Shown: positions 1 to 12,943, counted from the first letter of the stretch. The stretch: 64,000 bases of DNA from Felis catus (GCF_018350175.1 NC_058368.1:221218001-221282000); one strand, 5' to 3'. Notes: a model not told the origin generated them from the sequence alone. Made by a program: numbers and translations.

Positions 1-210
1 GCCATGGCTCCCTCCCGCCAGTCCGTGGAGCGTGCACTGCCTCTCTGCCCTTCCTACCCTCTTCCGTGGGCCTCTCGTCTGCGCTTGGCTCCGGAGACTC
101 CGTTCTGGTAGTCTTCTGGCGGTTTTCTGGGTTATTTAGGCAGGTGTGGGTGGAATCTAAGTGATCAGGATGCGCGGTGAGCCCAGAGTCCTCCTACGCC
201 ACCATCTTCT
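1..210 (-). mobile_element. 5' end (5'UTR/promoter) of a felid/carnivore LINE-1; the element continues beyond the left edge of the window
   Basis: GC/CpG-rich block. Its reverse complement begins AAGATGGTGGCGTAGGAGGACTCTGGGCTCACCGCGCATCCTGATCACTTAGATTCCACC...AACCCAGAAAACCGCCAGAAG...GGAGCCAAGCGCAGACGAGAGGCCCACGGAAGAGGGTAGGAAGGG, matching the recalled cat L1 5' terminus. Sequence switches abruptly to AT-rich DNA at ~212. Confidence 0.8.
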
Positions 211-816
211 GCAAGCTTATTTCTCAAATACGTTCTTGTTGTCCTGTTTAATTTTGTTTAATTTGCCTTCAAAAGTTGGGAAATACGAGGAAAATTGACA
301 AAAGGCAATAGTTTTCACTTGCTAGCCAATCATAGTTATCTCAAAAGAACTTTCTAATGATTAAGGAAACCAAATAGAAAAGTAATTTATTAAAAGATCA
401 CTCATATATCTACAGGTACTAGTTCATAATTTTAGAACTGGTCCCTATACATGTGGTTTCACTCAATATTTATTTTTTAATACACAAATAAGTTTCCTTC
501 CTGTGTCCATATCTCCCCTTATTAAATACATCAGAATTTTATATATCCATTCAGGATTTTTAAAATGAGATGACATTTGCCATGTATGAAGCTTGTTACT
601 ATATATTCATTTGTACTTTATTTAACAGGTCTTGGTGTTGTTATGGAATGAGTGAAAAGTTGTTCTTTACAATTATTCTTTAGATCTTTCTGTCAGTATG
701 TCTCCATTGACAAAAGTAACCAAATCATACTAGAGTAACTTGTCTAAACAATTAACTGTAGAGAATTGTGTAACAAAGTGTATTTGGAACAAGTTGAATA
801 CAGAAGAGTAGTCTAT

Positions 817-1037
817 GGGGCGCCTGGGTGGCTCAGTTGGTTAAGCGTCCGACTTCATTCAGGTCATGATCTAGCAGTCCGTGGGTTCGAGCCCCATGTT
901 GGGCTCTGTGCTGACAGCTCGGGGCCTGGAGCCTGCTTTGGATTCCTTGTTTCCCTCTGTCTCTGCCCCTCACCCGCTCACACTCTGTCTCTCTCTCAAA
1001 AATAAATTAAACATTAATAACAAAAATTAAAAAAAAA
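817..1037 (+). mobile_element. Can-SINE (SINEC_Fc type)
   Basis: GGGGCGCCTGGGTGGCTCAG head, CT-rich region and A-tail. TSD AGAAGAGTAGTCTAT at 802-816 and 1038-1052. Confidence 0.95.
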
Positions 1038-2907
1038 AGAAGAGTAGTCTATGGATAGGAAAACAACACCTGAAAACTTAGGTAAACCTCTGGAATTAGG
1101 GCCTTATGCAAGAAGAACATAGCCTTCTATCTCATAATTACTGTGTTCAGTAATATAAGAGAATAAATATTCCTTTGCAGGATAAAAGAGTACATGTTGG
1201 AAACTACATGCTAATGCAAGGGAGGAATTTCTCATATGTATGTTTGTGGTTAGCATTATTGATAGGGAACACACTTATTAGGGAGAATGAACATTTATCT
1301 TAGTGATAGCTCTCAGAAAATGAAATTGGTTATTTCAATTGATTGGTTATTTATATTTTAATCTGGTTAGACCTAAGAAATTACATTATTAAATTTTCAT
1401 ATTCCATGATTAAAACTTGAATACTTTCAAATTTCAAATATATGCATGTTATGGGTATGTTGTAGATGGTCATTATTTGAGTACAAGTGATTTTGAAAAA
1501 TATATAACTTGAAGAGATAAATCAACCCATTGCATGAACATGGCTGTATTCAGCAAATCCAAAGGTTTATTTCTGGTGTTGCTTACCTACACACCATGTG
1601 CAATGTTTGATTCTTTCTGGGTTCCTTCTAGGTAAGAACTTTTCTATATAAGAAGGAAACCTTCCTATCTTTTAATTTTTATATTTGCTTATAAATATTC
1701 TGCCCAAGCTACATACAGATAAACTACAAAGGAGCTGAACAGGTGTTAAAGTGGAGGCTTTTCAGTCTCATTTTTGGTTGAAGATAATGTAAATCAGTTA
1801 TCCACATGTTCTCAAATACCACCCCAGACAGTGCTATCAAAAGTGTTCATAAGATACTGGTTTTGAAACTTGGCACTTTACCCTTTGGAAGTTATAGAAG
1901 ATTCAGTATTGAAGTAGTCACAGAGTTTGAGATCCAGAGAGGATTTTTTGGAAGTGCTTCAGTTCATTTTAGACCCACAAACCCAGGGAGAGTGGCTTTG
2001 ATGTGTCTGTTTGGAGAACTAGCATATATCTCCTGAACTTCAAGGGCACAAGAGATATGTCAGACATTCCACAGGCTGAGAGTTTAGGACTGGCAATTGT
2101 TGCATGGACAGAATGAATAGAAGTTGCTTGAGTGGGGACTTCCTGCTTGTCCAGCATTTCTTAGAACAGAGGATGGGTGAGTATTTTTCAGGGAACCTTA
2201 GAGAGAGACACCCTGGGTCATTCGAGGAAGGCTAGGTGATGTCAGGGGAAGGAAGCTAGAAGTAAACCCTGGGATGCTACGCAGCTTACAAATGACATGT
2301 AGGTAGCCCACCAATTTGTCTGTGAAAGAACACGTCTGTCTATGTAGAAGAAACTTCAGGTAGGATACCCAGGTGATTTTAGGATTGAGGAGGGAGCGAT
2401 AAGGAATTGACACAGCGCCACCTGAAAGAAAGGCCAACCTTCATAGAGCATTCATGCCCACAGGGTACGGATGCTAGATCACCACGATGGTGCGAAAGTA
2501 CAGCTTTCCTGCCCTTCATTCATGTCTCCTCCAGGTTTCATCCTTTTTCTGTCTTTGGAGGTGGTGAGGGATATTTGGATGTAGGAAGGAAAAGGCTGCA
2601 GTTTTTTTTTTATATATTTGTTTTTACACGTGACAGGATATATCAGTTATAAAAATTGACTGAACTAAAGTGCAATTTCTGTTGACTAGATTAAGCACAG
2701 GTTTTAATTAACTAAATGTGATCAGAATATTCCTTGTTCCATGCCCTAGATTTCATCCAGGGGGAAGGGAAGGATGAATTCCACAGAATAGCTTACTTGG
2801 GTAAAGTGGGTGTTGGGGTGGGGAGAGAAGAGAGTTGTATTCTTATTGTGTCCTTTGTGTGTGTAGTTTGGTCATCCTGTTTATTCAGCCTCAGCATTCA
2901 TTCATTC

Positions 2908-2909
<2 letters not shown>

Positions 2910-2942
<33 letters not shown>
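2910..2942. repeat. (TG)n microsatellite
   Basis: Direct reading of the sequence. Confidence 0.95.
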
Positions 2943-2946
<4 letters not shown>

Positions 2947-5273
2947 TTGTACACGCATGCGTGCATATTCACAGCAAAATCACTGCCTGGAAAATCATAT
3001 TATATTTGAGTTTCAGTGGCATTCCAAAGTAAACTCAATTTAAGATATTACAGATTCGTATCATTTTTACTATATTTTTTTTCCTCTTGGTAGTTGTATG
3101 ATTTTAATTGGTTATTTTAATTAAAGAGCCCCATTATCATTATTTTATTTCCTACGGCTTCTAATTTGGTTTGAAAGTGAAAAGCAGTTCAATACCATCA
3201 TTATTCTACACTTTCTTGAAATCATTAAAAGCTTACCTCTTTCTTTTGTATATGCCAAAGTTCTGGTTTGCATTTAAAACACACATGCATACATATATAG
3301 TATACATGTATATGAATGTACATATATGTGTATGTGTATGTATCAGGAAAAGGAAGTTTGTTATCTCTGAAAATGAAGAGCCTTTAGAACCAAAACCAGA
3401 TCTGGAATATAATTTCAAATCCCTCAGTTGATGGCTTATATCTATTTAATTTGTACTAGTTAAACAAGTTACATTTTTTTCCCTAATAACAATGGATTAA
3501 TGTATATAACCTGAGTGGGATAAATATATTTGTGTATTCTAATGTATTTGTATCATGGAGTTTGATAATTTGAAAATATATTTTAAATCAAATACAGCAT
3601 GGAATTAAATCCCTTTACATTTTCTGGTTCATGTTATGGAAATTGAATTGATTAATAAATCTCTAAGCCTACTTGTCTTACATTCACAATATGCTATTTA
3701 TTTGAAAACTGTCATATGAAACCTCTTAAGTATCAACTTGTACACATAATTGGTGCTACTTTTTATTTTCATGATAGTTTTAGGATTTCACAAGTCACTA
3801 TGGGCTCATTTTACATGTGACAGCCTAAGCCTCATCTTCAACAGTTACTTATTAATTATTAAGGCTGCCTTGAACCTTCCCTGCAAGATAATTCATAAAT
3901 GTATAGCCTAGTGAAATTTTGTGTTGGTGTGTTAGGCTGAATAGAAAGTCAATGAGTAGGAAACAAATCATAAGAAAATCATTTCGAATTCAGCGATAAT
4001 CTTTATCTAGACTTCTGTTTCGAATAAGATTGCTCCTATAGATCTGCATACAAGCTGTCTAACATAGGACTTTTTCACTAAATCTGCTTTTGAACACATG
4101 AGCATTGTGTCAGCAGTGAAGAGGTCCACAAATAATGTTTAATTGAATTTGAATGAAAGTTGGCCTGTGCACTACTTATGCTACCACTAAAGCATTCAAT
4201 ATGCTGTCTCAACTATACAGTGTTGATACATAATTTGTGTTGGGATTGTTTACATCACAACTGACTTAAAATGATTTCACTGATAATTCACTTACAATAT
4301 ACATACTCAAGTTTGGAACCAGAATACACCTTGAATAGAACACTGATTTCCCTTTAGCTCTCAACCCCTTCCAGTCAAAGATGACCTATGATTAGACTCC
4401 AGATTCCTTATCCATTCTCAAGACTCTGATTCACTGATTCACTGTGGATAAATCTCATTATCCTCTCCAAGTAGATGGCTACAAATGGAGTGTAGCCTTA
4501 AACTGAGATGCCTGATTATACCCACACATAATCACAGCAATATTAAGAGAATGAAATGCAGGAATATCACAGAAATTATCTTGTGTCACAATTGGATGTA
4601 AATAGAAGTCACTGAGACCTCAGTCATATCTGTGCCTCATACTATTCATTTTGCCTTTTAATAATGCAAATACATAAAAGGAAAAGAAAGCAATGAGGGG
4701 GCCAAAGTTGAAAAAAATGGGTAGGAAAGGTAAACAAAATCAGAACCAGAAGGGAGTATATTATAGATTATTTTGTGTACCTTTCTTTCATTCACCAGTG
4801 TTATTTTCTCTACTGAAAAGTCTTTTATAATTTAATGAATAAATATAATAATGTAATCATGAGTAACATACTATGAAAGTGGCATTTTAAATATAGCCAC
4901 TCAGTTTGTTATTAGGATCCTGTTTTATAAAATAACTACTCTTGTGTTTTTAGACTTCCTTGGAGAAAAAATCTCTTGCATTTCCTCTCTTTACATCCAG
5001 GAACCAAGCTAACAGCTATAAGTAAAGCCATGTCTGTGTCCCCTGTTCCAGTCATTCTCAGACTCCTCACACATGGATGAAAACTTCAGACCTCACTTTT
5101 GTAGAAGTTCCATTCTCCAAAAATGTATACAATGAGATAGGAGTACTACTTAGTTGTTGGAAGCAATAATTCATCATTTCTTTTTTGGTGTTTGAGTTGC
5201 TTTTCTTTACTATGTAATTATTTTGCTACAAGAATATTTAATAAGTAGACATTTTACAACTAAAATTATACTT

Positions 5274-5393
5274 GGAATCATGAAAAACACAACATAATTA
5301 CTTGAGTTTGAAATCATAGTTAGAAAGCCAGAAGGAATCATGGAAAGCACAACATAATTACTTGAGTTTGAAATCATAGTTAGAAAGCCAGAA
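5274..5393. repeat. 60-bp tandem duplication (2 copies)
   Basis: GGAATCATGRAAARCACAACATAATTACTTGAGTTTGAAATCATAGTTAGAAAGCCAGAA at 5274-5333 and 5334-5393, with 2 mismatches. Confidence 0.95.
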
Positions 5394-5957
5394 GAAAATT
5401 GTCCTGATTCTCTAAAAAGACATACACAGGAAAATTGCAAAAATAAAAAAAAAAAGGGTGGGGGGAAGGCAGTCACTGACTTTTGAAGGTATATTTGGAC
5501 CATAATTTTTTTTTTCAACAAGCCAGGATTTTAATGCTATCTATTAACTAACTGCCTTAACTTTGAATAAATTATCAAAAATTAAAAATACTAATTTTGG
5601 AGTCTATTATATGAACCATTTTTCCCACAATTTTCCTGATTCTATAAAATGTTTGAGTTTTCAGTATTGTTTTTTACAATGGGATCCTGAGTTTAACCAC
5701 AGCTATAATAAATCATCCTTTTTCAGAGTAGCTGTGATTTCTTTCACTATGGGAGATAAACCTGATTTTCTTAGAATCTTAAATCAAGGGATAGACATCA
5801 TTATTTATGCTAATCTGCTGATTATATTCCAGAAGTATCAAATAGTGAATTAAAATATTTTAGGAAACAAATTTTTAAGACAATTGGTTGTTATTGAAGT
5901 GGTGATAAACATCCATATTTTGATATTAATATGTGGATATTCTGTTGTTTGTATTTC

Positions 5958-7165
5958 TTTTTTTTTCTTTTTTTTCAAACCGTTAACATTTTATTTAACA
6001 AAAGCAACAATTGGGACATTTCTAGAGCTTACAGTATATTTGACATAAAAATAGGGAGTTCTCCAAAGTATGTATTAAAAATACAAAGTCTATGGACTAA
6101 GGTACACAGAAAATTTGTTTTACATTTCAGTTACCCAAAACAACAACTTGTGCCATCCTCCAATGGCACATAGTGAGAGAATTCTATTCCAGGAAAAGCC
6201 AGATCTGATGACTACAGAACCAATAAGGACAGGCTGAGGGTGTCCTAAGTGATGAATTTGAAACTAGCTTGCCATTTTGCCAGGATAACCAGTGGTTGCA
6301 AACGAGTTCTCATTAACTGTAGACCACCTGAATAAGCAGGCTTGATCCATATGGACAGGTCTCTTATCTTGAGGATAACTGGTTCGAGTAATATCCCAAA
6401 TTAACCAGTCATTTCCTGAAACAGCTCCAACTTTGAAGGTGTTTTTGAAGCGCCAGTGGGCTGGCATTAATGGCATCTGTTCAATTCAAGAGATAAGATA
6501 GCCTGTTGAGCTGAAAGATCATAAAACCGGCTTGTTCCCTTCTCTGCAACCATCAGCTTAAAAGTTCCTCAGGATGCCATTCATTCCAGGGGAATGAAGA
6601 ACAAAATGAGCTGTCTGCATTCCTTCCAACTTCCAAATCCTGAGGTATGATCATCACTCACACTTGCAATTTCTTGGCTCTCTTTGGGCTCAAACACCAA
6701 ACTATTAATGAAATCTGAATGGCCCTCTAAAACCTTGTATTCATTTTTGTCTTGAAGATCTGAAGTCAATAACCTTAGTTTCATATCAGCAGCTGAAGTA
6801 CAAAATTTGATTATTGGAGGCGATGAATCACATCTAGTTTCTGGGCTCCAAGCTATACCATCGACTCTGACACCATGCTGAAATGTTCATAGTGTTTTAT
6901 ACTGAATTCCTTCAATGTCTGTACAATATCTGAACTGTACACCTGCCAATGACCACATAATTACTGCCGCCATATGCAATTAAGGTTTCCTGAATCCCTA
7001 CTCTCAAGGAGATTAAATCCTATCACATGCACATAACCTTCACGATCCACAGTGTAGGTAGCATTTCTTGTGGCGTCTTGCTTCATCTTGTATGTCAATA
7101 CTTGAACAGTTGTAAAAATAAAATAACCTTTTACTGGACAAGATCACAAAATGGGGGCATTGGGG
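5958..7165 (-). pseudogene. NUP37: Processed (retro)pseudogene of nucleoporin NUP37
   Basis: Minus-strand translation from the ATG at 7086 to the TAA at 6122-6120 gives MKQDATRNATYTVDREGYVHVI...IAYGGSNYVVIG...HGVRVDGIAWSPET...IKFCTSAADMKLRLLTSDLQDKNEYKVLEGHSDFINSLVFEPKESQEIASVSDDHT...KNTFKVGAVSGNDWLIWDITRTSYPQDKRPVHMDQACLFRWST...ATTGYPGKMAS...FWVTEM*, which is NUP37. No introns. AATAAA at 5995-5990 and poly(A) as the T-tract 5958-5975. Frameshifts at ~6981, ~6925, ~6643 and ~6580; premature stops at 6889-6887 (TGA) and 6266-6264 (TAG). Confidence 0.96.
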
Positions 7166-7794
7166 TATTTATATTTCTTTAAAATCCCCTTTCCTCATTA
7201 TTCTGGGTTTCATTAGAATGAAAATAATGAAATGTACAATATATACCTATATTATGATTTTACTATTATGTGTGTGCTTGTAGTAAATGGAGGACAGTAA
7301 AAAAAAAAATGTTAATTCAATGAATGTTCAGTTGGAATGATTAGAAAGGAATATTTTACAAAATAAGACCATTGACTTAGTTTTAGATTAAGCAGTCAAA
7401 ATCCACAATTAAAACAGTAGAATAATGTAAAACATATTTTAAGCATTTCTGTAGATTTTCAAGCTCATGACCTCCAGGTTATTGCCACATTCCTTTTATT
7501 CTAGCAATTATATATTTGGTTCATACCAAGAAAAAAAATGTCATCAATGAAAGGTTATGTGATTCACCTCTAGAAAATACTTTCAGATAGATAAATCAGC
7601 TTCTTAGCTTTAAAACTAGCCCTCCAGCAAAGGAGTTGCTATCAAGCAAGGGAGTTGTTTTTTTTCAAATTTAAAAACAAAAGCAGAATAATTAAATATA
7701 TGTGTATATATTCACAAATATTTACAAATATACTTTGGAGCAGATACCAGATATTATCAAATCATTCACAGAGTGAATGTAGATCCACCATATA

Positions 7795-8219
7795 TAGTTG
7801 TGTTATGAAATAAGGCATATTTTACCTTACATGGCAAAAGGCACTTTGCAGATGTGATTAATCTAAGGATATTGAAATAGAAAGATTATCCTGGGTTATC
7901 CAGGATGACTGGATATAATCACAAAGGTCCTTATAAGAGGGAGGCAGAGTGTCAGAGTCAAAGGTGATGTGGGGATGGAAACAGAGGTTAGGTTAAAACA
8001 GGGACACAAGCCAAGGAAAAAGGGCAGTCTTTCTAAAGGCTGAAAGTCGTTTGCCTCTAGAGAATCCAGAAGGAACATGTTTCTGCTGATACATTGATTT
8101 TAGTCCAGTGAAACTGATTTTGGAATTCTGACCTCTAGAACTGTAAGGTAATATATTGATGTTGTTTTAAAAACCCTGTTGGTGGTAATTTGTTACAGTG
8201 GCAGTGGGGAACTAATACA
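7795..8219 (+). mobile_element. ERVL-MaLR solo LTR (MLT1D/C-like)
   Basis: Typical MLT1 motifs CTTTGCAGATGTGATTAA..AAGGAT..GATTATCCTGG..AATCACAAAGGTCCTTATAAGAGGGAGGCAG, ending in TTTGTTACAG..GGAACTAATACA. Confidence 0.8.
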
Positions 8220-8658
8220 AACTTAGAGACTAGAATTGACTTGGATGATAGAGGAGGTTCAAAAGGATAATGATTTCCCATTTTAAATGGACTGTGGCTA
8301 TCATAATTAATTGTGGAGAATATGTGTTCCAGCATTTTGCATTAACAGTCAGTAAATCCAGATCAAACATACATCTTCCTGCACGTTAATTCGCATTTTA
8401 AATTTCTCCTTTATTATAGATCAAGGAACAACTCAGTTCCCACTTCTTTATCGAGCTTTTTCTATTATTTGTACAGCCTGGAAGAATCCCATCCACAAAA
8501 CTTTTTAAATTTGCTTTCTGTTCCATGCTACACATACTTCAATGGCACACCCTTCTACACGTGTCCTCTACTACTTTCCGTTATACTAGCCTATTTTTAA
8601 GAACCCAGTCTTATATCCGTAAGGATGAACACAAATTCCTCTTCTCTCTGACATAGAT

Positions 8659-9140
8659 CTAGGGGCAAAAAACTTTTCCCTTCTTCCATTCTACATTTAC
8701 TAGCTGGTGTAATAATTAAATTGACATAAGACAGAACAATAGGAGAGAACAAAGTTAATGATGTACATATAGAGGGGGGAGCCCACAAAGACATAAAAAC
8801 TCAAAGGCAATCAGTCAATTGGGGCTTATGTACAGTCTTGAGCTAAGGAGGAGAAAGTAAAGGTCTGGAATTTCAAAGAAGAGGAAGACTATTCAGGTGA
8901 AGATGAGAAGAGGAAATGCTTGGTAAACAGAGGTGTACCATGCCATACAGATAAGTCTTATAAAGTTATCTCTGTTTATAACTGTCTTCCTGGTACAGGC
9001 TCCCTATCTAAATCCTTTTAGGCAATTAAAGGAGAGGTAAAAAGTTTGTCTTGAGTCTGCTGGGTCTTCATTGCCTTCAGCTCAAAAGAACCTAAAGGCC
9101 AAAGTGATGGATCTCATCATGGCACACTTTGCTCCCTCTT
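8659..9140 (-). mobile_element. ERV1 solo LTR, MER34-like
   Basis: Reverse complement ...CTTTGGCCTTTAGGTTCTTTTGAGCTGAAGGCAATGAAGACCCAGCAGACTCAAG... resembles the recalled MER34-family 5' end. Confidence 0.55.
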
Positions 9141-9805
9141 GTGGGTTTTAACTTCTGAGCAGAGTTGGTTCTCATCAGTACTATGATGATGAGGTCAACG
9201 ATGATAATTGTTCTTTTTCTGTTGTCTCAATGGTGACAGTTTTAATGCAAATTTATACAGGAAGAGAATACAAGAAATTAGTTGTCTTCATAACGCTCCC
9301 TCATCACATTAAAATTGGCACATATTCATTAGTAAAGAGAATCTTCAAGCTCCCTAGAAGCACTCAGATGATACTGCTAGATTCAGGTCACATGTAAGAA
9401 CATCACATTCTTTCAGAAAACTCAGAAAATGTTAGACTTTTTCACAATATTTTTAGCATTCGGTTCACCACCCTTTTTATTTTGGAGATTGCCCATTTTT
9501 CCACATGCTTATTTGATGTGTGCAGTTGATAACTACCTCAGATTTTCTGTGTGGTTATTTTCTGAAAGGACATTACAAGGTAAATTTCCAAGAACACTCT
9601 CAATAGGATCCTGACTTGGGTGTCCTTGAGATCTATTGGGATGAGGCCTTTGTATTTTGAAAGAGAAATGTCTTTTGCTTCCATTGAGGTTGATAGTTTT
9701 GAAATGTCAAAGAACTTCTCAATTTGGTAATATGTAAATTGATAAAATTGCTGTTTTTTTTCCCATCCTGAATCATTCACTAAATACACCAAACCCATTT
9801 TGACC

Positions 9806-9844
9806 CATTTCCACATTACATTTCCACATTACATTTCCACATTA
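9806..9844. repeat. 13-bp tandem repeat x3 (CATTTCCACATTA)
   Basis: Three perfect copies read directly. Confidence 0.9.
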
Positions 9845-10293
9845 CAATAGTTTTTTAAATGTTATTTAGTGGTTTTGAGTTTGGTAAACATTTTCTCGAA
9901 ACAATGAATTTTTAAGGTATTTCTTAAATGTAAAGAATAATACTTTCCCATTATTTATGTATTTTGCCAAAGTAAGGAGTCAGTTTTTATTTCTGAATAA
10001 TATACATTTTAACTGTCCGAACATCCTTGGCTTTAACTCTACAAATTAATAATTGTATTAACCAGATAGAGTCAACTTCTATATCCCAAATTGATATTGG
10101 AGGTAATAGTTTTTTTTTTATCCTTTCTTTTATTGGCTTATTCATGGTCATCAAATTAGCCTGATCCTCAATTTACATTGTGCTTTGTAGACATAAGCAG
10201 TGTCAAATTATTTGTCTTAATTAAATCTCTCCTATCAAAATGAACCTAATTTATTTCTGTCTGTCATCAGCATAGATAAATCAGAGGTTCATT

Positions 10294-10517
10294 GGGGCGC
10301 CTGGGTGGCGCAGTCGGTTAAGCGTCCGACTTCAGCCAGGTCACGATCTCGCGGTCCGTGAGTTCAAGCCCCGCGTCGGGCTCTGGGCTGATGGCTCAGA
10401 GCCTGGAGCCTGTTTCCGATGCTGTGTCTCCCTCTCTCTCTCTGCCCCTCCCCCGTTCATGCTCTGTCTCTCTCTGTCCCCCAAAAAATAAATAAACATT
10501 GAAAAAAAAAATTTAAG
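10294..10517 (+). mobile_element. Young Can-SINE (SINEC_Fc)
   Basis: Near-consensus and CpG-rich. TSD AAATCAGAGGTTCATT at 10278-10293 and 10518-10533. Confidence 0.97.
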
Positions 10518-10769
10518 AAATCAGAGGTTCATTGTCTTACCATATTTATACTATTTTTAAGTAAATAGTAAGACTGCTGGATTTAAATTTACTTCTCAAA
10601 TGTTATTTTTGAGCTTTTTGTGGATTTTTAAAAATAATAACTCTTTTGAAAGTAAAGAATTCCTAGCTAGATACAATAATATGGTAGATGTGATTAATAT
10701 TTCAGTTTCAAGAGAGGAGTAATTTACTAGGTTTTTTTTCACACTCTGTTTGATAAAATCTAGTATGAG

Positions 10770-10975
10770 CAATGCTATCTGGTAGAATTTTCTGCAAAGA
10801 TTGAAAAATTCTTCTGCACGGTCCAGTATGCTAGTCATTGGCCACATAAGACAATGAGCATTTGAAATGTGGCTAGTGTGAATAAGGCCCCCAAATTTTA
10901 ATTATATTTCATTTAATTTAAATTAGGTTCAGATAGTCAGAAGTGCCTTGCAGTTACTATGTTGAAAAATGTAAG
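10770..10975 (+). mobile_element. MER3-like hAT-Charlie MITE
   Basis: TAGAATTTTCTG..GTCCAGTATGCTAGTCATTGGCCACAT..GAGCATTTGAAATGTGGCTAGTGTGA followed by an AT-rich centre, resembling MER3. Confidence 0.7.
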
Positions 10976-11098
10976 TCTAGACTAAAGAATTGTGAGCTAT
11001 GTTTTAGATCTGGACTCTTGCTTAAACTTGTTAATTTAGTTCTGTTGAAGACAGTCATGTCAACTCTCAGAGCTTCAATGTCTCTATTCAGTCAGTAA

Positions 11099-11143
11099 TA
11101 CATACATACACACATACATACATACATACACACATATATATAT

Positions 11144-11218
<75 letters not shown>
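11099..11218. repeat. Compound (TACA)/(CA)/(TA)n microsatellite
   Basis: Direct reading of the sequence. Confidence 0.95.
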
Positions 11219-11222
<4 letters not shown>

Positions 11223-11470
11223 TTGGCCATCTGCTAAATCCTGTGAACTGCACTAAGTGCTGGGGATACAATGATCATTTTGTCAGAATTGGTATCTTTA
11301 GGGAAAAATGATGCTAATAATACTATAGTTAATTGTTCAATTAAAATTATGAAAGAGACTCTGGAAAGAAAATACAAAGTCTAATGAAAGTGTATGAGAC
11401 TGGAGGCCTGAGTAGGTCTGATGGATCTGGAAAAGGTTTCAGGAGGAAGCAAATTTTGAATTTAGCTTAG
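11219..11470 (-). mobile_element. L2 3' fragment
   Basis: TTTATTGGCCATCTGCT..GCACTAAGTGCTGGGGATACAA pattern typical of the antisense L2 3' end. Confidence 0.5.
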
Positions 11471-12943
11471 AATCAGTGTTAAGACATTTCTATGTGAAGG
11501 CGGGTACACCTTATTTGCAATTCACTCTGCTAGTTACTAGACATTCAGAGGTATTTTACTAGCCTTAAAAAATTATGGGATAATAAACACACAAATAATT
11601 TAGGGATTGAGCTATCATCAATCCCAAACAAATGTTCCATTAAGTAATCTTTATGAGAAAAGAAAAAAAAAAGATTTTTTTTTTGTTCCAACATATTTGG
11701 AAAAGCTAGTTTTGACAAAGATAAATTTCTATGTGCTAAGAATTATTGGAATCTTGGGTACATTTAAGGTAACAACTTATTGGCACTGTGTATATTGGAA
11801 TCTTGGGTATTACAAAACTTGGAGAACAACCTAAGAATTTTTCCCCTAAACTTTTGCAACTATAGAAAACCTTTCTTTTTCATTTCTTCTGTTTTTCTTT
11901 CCCTCCTCCTTCTACTCATTCCCCACCCCTCCCTGCTTCTTTCCATAGCCTCTTTCTTTCTTCCTCCCCTTTCTCTTCTCTTTCTCCTTCTACCTTCTCC
12001 AATGATTTTCTTAGTAATGTAGTTCCCATATCATGGAGTTCTCCAAATAGAATTTCCAAAACTCCAGTGATATTTACAGTCATGAAATATATAATTTTAA
12101 GGTGGACAATGGAATTAAGAATGTGAATAAGCTTAGATAATAAATCTTCTGTTCAGTGACATTATATACAATCCATGATATTGTATAGCTAATATAATAT
12201 CAAGATGCAAGGACTATGAGAACGCATTATGATAGATTGTGTTGATGATTATCCTATTTAACTGAGAAGAGTAGAGGTAAAAGACCATTTAGGGAGTAAG
12301 ATGATGAGGTCTATTTTGAATATATTTTATTTAATGCTCCTGTAACACACCCAAATGGAAATATTCAGCAAGTCAATGGAAAAGGGGGTCAATTTAAGTC
12401 TAGAAAGGAAATTAAAATGGAGGAGGAAATTTGTATTTGGTATATATTTTTAAATGTTGATATGATGTCTACATATGGAGAGAAAATATATGGAGAGAAA
12501 TTCCCAGTAAACATGGAACTTTAAGAGACTCAGGCTATAATTATTTGAGGGAAAAATTAATTTCCCTCATGTGATTTGATTTTGTCTTTTTTTTTCTTCT
12601 CACCATCATTTCCCCAAATTCTATCTAATATGTCCATATTTCAACAAATCTTAACATTTCATAAAGATTGTATATTCTGAATAGCCTTATACATAGATGT
12701 GGAGTCATTTCTGATGCACCTTCAGTTTCTGTGGTCGTTTGAGAGACATTTAGTGCATTCTTAGTGTAAAGAATAATTGGTGTTTCTAGGGGTGGATATA
12801 CTTCTAGCCATAAGAAGAAATTAGTGATGAGAAAGACTCAGAATATATATAGAATGCATAGTCTAGTAGGGGAAATAGATTCCTTTACAATATATATACA
12901 ATATATACAACAGCTTCCTGCATATTGTTTACATTTCATTTTA

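Noticed and set aside
5931..6173. 80-aa plus-strand ORF
   Set aside because: Antisense to the NUP37 retrocopy 3'UTR and poly(A); no coding evidence
6264..6784. Two NUP37-like ORFs as a functional gene or exons
   Set aside because: They are pieces of one intronless copy broken by frameshifts and stops
9538..9816. 92-aa minus-strand ORF in unique DNA
   Set aside because: No recognisable homology, its N-terminus derives from the tandem repeat, and there is no convincing acceptor site
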